A stretch of DNA of 63,908 nt, counting the filler, from Blastocystis sp. subtype 4 (taxonomy: Eukaryota): assembly GCF_000743755.1 (NCBI RefSeq). It is 4 parts of 4 records of this genome, joined end to end, with 100 filler letters (N's around TTAATTAATTAA, not from the genome) between each part and the next. Parts side by side here need not be neighbours in the genome. Positions count along the whole stretch, not along the records: positions 51,637 to 63,908 come from NW_014569250.1; 3 more parts are not named here. One strand, given 5' to 3'. Below, in pieces: positions 58,476 through 63,908 of the stretch. The notes beneath the pieces are model-generated. The model saw only the letters and a program-made list of their open reading frames with translations. It was not told the DNA's origin and ran no database searches. Both the position numbers and the translations under genes were made by a program. Position 1 is the stretch's first letter. Every line of letters begins with the position of its first letter.

Positions 58476-60058
58476 TTACTCCCTAGAATATACATGTAGT
58501 GGTACCAAATCTCTTGCTTTCTTGATTGATTTCTTTATAAAACGTTTCCCTCTGCCTCCACATACTGTCGAACTCTCTATAATTACTTCTGAAATGGAAC
58601 CTGTCTCTTTGATCGGTTCTACTACTTCGACTTCAGACACACGACGCTTTTTTGATTCAATAGGTTGATTCTTCTCCATTTCCAACTGCTCGAAAAAAGC
58701 CTCCACTTCATCAATTGTTTGTGTCGATTCAGGCCGTTTGAGACTAAGCATCACCTTCTTGGGGGTCGTATTGACAGATGTTGGTTTCACCAAACCCGCA
58801 TCTTCGTTCTGGACGCTAGAACTCATCTGTTGAGTATCTTCAGGAGGTAAAGTTTGATTCATTTCAGCAGAACAACGCTGTACATTCAGATTCACCATTA
58901 CTCCCAAATCACCTTCAAACAAGATAGAGCGCATCAATTCTTGTTCAGCAAATGGAATCCAACCCTTTCGAACCCATTTCAAGGCTTCAGGAGGGATGAT
59001 ACGATTCATGAACAACGAAGCTGTATCGATTGAGGAAGTATCAGAAATAGAATCATCAGTGAAGATAACTAGCATATGTGTTTGAGGAGACGAATAATTG
59101 GGAATGGATTGAATAGAGGCAACATTAATGGTACCTCCTGCTAAAGGAACAATTGCAATATAAGGAGACGAAGAATGAATGAAATGAAAAGTATATCCTT
59201 TTAATGACCGTTTTCGGCGCGAATTAGGTAACAAGTCAATATGAGGACACTCTTGTGTTGGCTGAAACCTGAACGATGATTGGAAAACATAATTGATTTA
59301 CTTTTTATATTCAGGTAGTTTGAGAGTTGAGAGAGACGTAAACATAGTTTCAATGAACAAGGGTGTTACAAGTGGAATGGCGTCAACCAGAGCCTGAAGG
59401 ATTTTTGGAGTCACTAATGGTGAGAAAATGGAATAGACCAAACCATCAAGATGATCTGAGACTACAAGATAAGAGATAAGACCACTTTGATAGTCAGGAG
59501 TATAATGAAATCCTATTTCTCAAAGGATACGAAAGGAATGACCAAGTTGTCGTAGTTTTACTTGAAGGAGTTTCTTTTGAGAGTTGGGAACTCGGGAAAA
59601 ACAAAATGCATATGGTTCCCAATACAGTCTACTTGTTATTTCAAGCCTTTTGACTACGAATAACTACAAGACTTGCTTAACTGAAGAACTCCTCGATCTT
59701 CCTTTTTAGATAATTGGACCACGGTCAGTGCTACAGATTACACATACAAAGAATAATAACGCTTTCCATTCCATGTTGATCCATGTTTTGTTTGCATATC
59801 TGATATGGTGATTTTCATCACAGAATGAAGGTTTGTCGGTTCATACTCAGTATCCACCTCCAGGGACACATGTTGGCGGGAGACAGTATTCGTAAGAGTG
59901 CGAATTGTTGATGCTGCAGATTACCATACACGAACAACTACCATACTCGAACCTCTTCCAATGATCCATTTCCCACAGAACAACGAATACGTTTCATCTG
60001 TAGTTCATTCTATTCCATATGAATCTATACGTGTCTGAAAATCTTCTAGAATCCACAT
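58476..60058 (-). CDS. NBS1: Nibrin/NBS1 (FHA plus BRCT)
   Basis: MWIL start, IIGR...VSRQH...TKHGS FHA residues, VTPKILQALVDAIPLVTP BRCT, RKRSLKGYTFHF, C-terminal KRFIKK (Mre11-binding-like). Confidence 0.75.
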
Positions 60059-60104
60059 AAATGGTTTCGAAAAAACAAATGACCAATTGTCAAAAGTCAC
60101 TTAG

Positions 60105-61966
60105 TTACACATCATTCACATCCCACTTCTCTATAGGCACTTGGTTTCTGTCTATCCTCTTCATCACTTCTTCATAATCCCCCAGGTTGATCGTAACATA
60201 AGGTGCATTTGTCCGATGTCGAGCCAAGTATCCGTACGTACTTCTCGTTGTCAGTACGAGCACATCTGCAGAACTTAACAAATAATTCTCCACAAGAGCA
60301 CACACAAATCCAGGATCACCCTTTTGAATTCTTGCTCGGTTCGTATGAGTCATATCACAAGTAGTTGTGACTACATACTGTGGATGTTTCATCCTGAAGG
60401 AATCTCTTACATTTTCTTGATCACTTACAACATACCACATGACAGGCATATTCATCTCTCGTTTCATCTCCGTCAATGATTTCGATGAATCACGATGATG
60501 CAAAACTCCCAGAGGACGTCCAGCCTCATAGGCTAATGTGATAGAAGAAGCATAACGATGAAATACCTTGACATCCTTCTCATTCAGGAATCGACCCCAT
60601 CGCGTTCCCTCACGACTCACCCCTCCTGTGCGCACATGCACACCTATTACATAGCGATGTTCCCAATCCATTTGTTTCTGGAATTCCAGAATCTTGTCTT
60701 GGATCCAAGGTCGAGGTACCATCACTTCTCTGTAGAGAAATCGATATACATGATGAGCCATTTCCTGACTACTAAGAAGCGTTTTAGGAAGAATGCCATG
60801 ATTACCTAACCACTTCTTCTCTTCACGAATTCGAACTAAATGTTGTGTAGTTAAGCAAGTTGAACGCATCACAATGAAACGAGCATCTTCCTTGCCCATA
60901 CAGACATCAACAGGATCAAAAGGACACTCGTTGGTTTTCTCTACAATCAACGTAGTTGGATCTCTCTCCCACACTAATCATCAATAGTATATATATAAGT
61001 ACCCTTCTCTTTAATCACTTCATACTGGAAAGGAAGGTAAAAATAGTCCCGAAGTGCATCCCAATCATAAACAAGGAATTTTCGATTTGAACGAAGAGCG
61101 ATTAAGAGTACCTCAGCGAAAACAGCTAGATTGTTGCCAATTCCCGCAAAGATTGGATAAAACACAATGTACTTTCCAACATCATCTTGATAATTAAAAT
61201 GATCTTGTTGATACGAAAACCGTTTCAATAACTGAAAACGATCTTGGCTCATACGAATACTTCGAGAAGAATTCGAGATGGGTTCAGGAATGTGTTGTTC
61301 CCAACCCTCATTCGATTCACTACAATCAAAATCGGTAATCTTTAGATAAGAGGATCTTGCTACCTGCTCTGCTAATGGAGTATTAATACACGAAGCATCT
61401 TGGTTTCTCTCTTCACCATCTGATATACTGTTCTCAGTCCTCATGAGGACTGATTCACTGGCAGAAGTATCTGCTCCTGTTTCTGTCATCTCGTCTCGTA
61501 ATAAGGTATGTCCATGCATTGCTAAATTATCCTGCTGAGAGACGATACTGTCATTCCAGCTTCTTTTGCGATTATTTATCATAGCTACATTATTACTCCA
61601 AGAGGTCTCCCTGTCGCTATAATTTATAGCCTCGTTTTCTGTTCGAGTGCTGACAATATCCATAGAAGCTGCTTTAATTCCATCTTGACTGTTCTTATAG
61701 AGTTGAAAATTACTGGTCCCAGTCGTTTCAGAGTTTAAATCAGCAAGAGGTTTCCTCATAATCGATTTTGGAGAAACAGGTACAAGTGTATCAGAAGACT
61801 CTGAAGAAAAGAAAATGATCCTTTGTCCATGTAAACCAATCACATCCGATGATATAAAACGCCAATTCACGAAAAAGAGCACAAACATCACAATAAACAA
61901 CACAATCACTAGAATGATCAACACTCTCCAAAACGGTATATGTTTACGAGAGCCTGATTCACCCAT
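60105..61966 (-). CDS. Type II membrane fucosyltransferase of the alpha-1,2/alpha-1,6/O-FucT superfamily, 2 exons
   Basis: N-terminal TM and stem, AGIGNNL, IGVHVRTG, YVVSD, ENYLLSSAD...STYGYLA motifs; intron near 60974-61002 joins the two ORFs. Confidence 0.8.
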
Positions 61967-62012
61967 GCTGATTAATTGAACAAACATACCACAATTACAC
62001 ATACTATCGATA

Positions 62013-62639
62013 TTAGTTACTGCAACCGCTCTTCAGTCTCACACAACTAGCACAGTTAAGGATCAGAAGCACAATCGTCACCACCAACATGGCAATGGCT
62101 CCAAACAAACTGTAATCCGTGATAACCGTGAAGAGACCGTCTCTGCAGTCTACATAAGTTGCCTCCAGACACTGATCTCCAGTCTTCTCAACGCCTTCAT
62201 AACCACAACAATTAAGATTGTCCTGAATGCTCTTCCAGGTCTCAGCATACTCTGGTGTTTCGATAATGGTGAGAGTGCTATTGTCGATGAATTCAATAAT
62301 AGGACTGCTATCTCCCTGACCCTTAATGGTGAAGAAGAGAACAAGGAGCACGATAGTCATAACAATACAGAAGACGCTACAAATGGTAATTACAACTGCA
62401 TAAACGAAAAGGAAACAACCTCCACAAGCAGCACAGAAACCGAGAATAGAGAAGATAATCAAAGCTACTCCGAAGGCAATTGCCATTCCCAGATACTCCG
62501 TGAGTGATGCAAACACTGGCGGGATCTCTTTTCCAACAGAGAGATAGATACCACAGCCAAACACTGCAATACCCAAAATGAGAAGAATAACATTCATACA
62601 AATCATACAAGCTGATCCTTCCTTTTTATCCTTAGCCAT
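62013..62639 (-). CDS. Tetraspanin family protein, intronless
   Basis: Four TM segments, LGFCAA after TM2, IQDNLNCCG in the large extracellular loop, Cys before TM4. Confidence 0.85.
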   Translation of the reverse strand: MAKDKKEGSACMICMNVILLILGIAVFGCGIYLSVGKEIPPVFASLTEYLGMAIAFGVALIIFSILGFCAACGGCFLFVYAVVITICSVFCIVMTIVLLVLFFTIKGQGDSSPIIEFIDNSTLTIIETPEYAETWKSIQDNLNCCGYEGVEKTGDQCLEATYVDCRDGLFTVITDYSLFGAIAMLVVTIVLLILNCASCVRLKSGCSN

Positions 62640-62915
62640 ATTCACTTATTGTAAAGAATTAATGTCAGTGTATTCTTACATGGGTATCCGTTTCACTGCG
62701 GAATCCAAAATACAAAATTATGCAGGTTATTTTACATATCTTCATTCGATTTGCGAAGAAAAGACTATCGAGTCTGTCTATTCGGTATCTTCGTTAGAGG
62801 ATGCAAGCGATATTCAAAGTAAAATGATGTACTCTGTATGAGGGATCAACCATTCATACTCTAGAGTCCTTCTTGAAAGTTCCATTTCGATTCTTTATTC
62901 TTCAACAAACACCCA

Positions 62916-63800
62916 AAATCGTTTGAATATCGTTCACCTGCTTGATTAAATCACCAAGAGTTTGCTTCGTAATCTCCTGACTCTCAAATACTTTATGAGG
63001 AAACGACAAAACATGATTCTGGTCAATGACCCAATTAGGCTAGGAGTAAATAATGCAATCAAAAAGAACATGTTGACTGTGAATGTATTGAATTAGGTCA
63101 TCAGGTGAGTCTGCCCAGTTGATGATTCTCGCAAACTCACCGAGATCCAATTGTCGGTAGGACACCTCGACACAATTCTCAATATCAGCTCTACAATGAA
63201 GTCACTCTAGAAGAACCTACCGAATCGAATGCAAGAGATAGACCATCAAATGTGAGAAAATAGGATTTGGGAGTTTGTTCATACACTCATGAATCTTGTT
63301 ATACCGACCAGTTGTAAGATAACCCTCGATATTCACAGAAAACTGAATTAAGGGACTCTGTAATTCTTCTTCAGTCAATAGTTCCAACTACAGTGAAAAC
63401 TGACAACAGGAACTCACTTCGGCATGAAACTCAGAGAGCTTGTTAGAAACAAGCATATATAAAAGGTTCAGTGACTTCACCAAGAGTTGACGTTCTCTGT
63501 TCGGATCATCGACGCAGAATGTGTTATAGAGTTGAATAAAGTTATCCATTTCATCTTGCATCTTGGAGATTCCAATACATATACAGCTTTCAAAGAATTG
63601 GCCTACAGAGTGAGATCCCCAACAGCGAGCATTCCTACACTTTTCATCAACTGGAACATTTGATGTCAAGAGTAGAAGCTGGCATATTAATCAATTTCGT
63701 TAACAAGTACTTTCACTTCATTCACAATCTTTCTCACTGCTTCAAAGTCATCTCGACTTCCCGCCTCACTTACGCTCTGGATATAGGAATTTATGGACAT
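62916..63800 (-). CDS. PSMD8: 26S proteasome lid subunit Rpn12; stop created by polyadenylation
   Basis: SLNLLYMLVSNKLSEFHAE|LELL...EGYLTTGRYNKI...IR|ADIENCVEVSY; ends ATT T then TGGG TGTTTGTT. Confidence 0.9.
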
Positions 63801-63908
63801 AGAGTCAAGAAACAAACAGATTCTAAAAATTGCTTTGTGTTTAATCCTCCACTCTCACACCCACAAGCTTCTGGTAGAGTCCCATAAAACGAAGTTCCTT
63901 TCGCCACT

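Noticed and set aside
1..63908. Alternative genetic code or stop read-through to explain fragmented ORFs
   Set aside because: Breaks are explained by short introns and poly(A)-made stops; TAA, TAG and TGA all end genes normally

Overview
Eukaryotic, AT-rich and extremely gene-dense DNA. It is most consistent with the gut stramenopile Blastocystis (inference from many ~30-nt GT-AG introns, a TGTTTGTT element at most gene 3' ends, genes whose stop codon must be completed by polyadenylation, and a mitochondrially targeted complex I subunit). Three artificial 100-nt linkers (N...TTAATTAATTAA...N) split the window into four contigs whose true adjacency is unknown. About 40 genes are recognisable, mostly housekeeping: ribosomal proteins, SF3A1, GPN1, BCCIP, BiP, beta-tubulin, NDUFV1, Timeless, LAS1, NOP58, NBS1, RPN12, TM9SF and one tRNA-Met. 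There is also a decaying MORN/LRR-like family island, three intronless MFS paralogues, an AguB, a fucosyltransferase and a tetraspanin. Most notable observations: (1) poly(A)-created UAA stops, one of which generates an ER-retrieval signal; (2) back-to-back or palindromic bidirectional 3'-end signals between convergent genes; (3) three 39-42-nt U12-type introns with only 6 nt after the putative branch A; (4) a BAG + IPV + single-alpha-helix + small-HSP-like fusion protein; (5) an AKAP7-like 2H phosphoesterase fused to a C2H2 finger; (6) a bZIP with Asp in place of the invariant Asn; (7) a stand-alone INTS6 C-terminal module. Multi-exon gene boundaries were assembled by eye and family assignments are from recalled motifs, not database searches.
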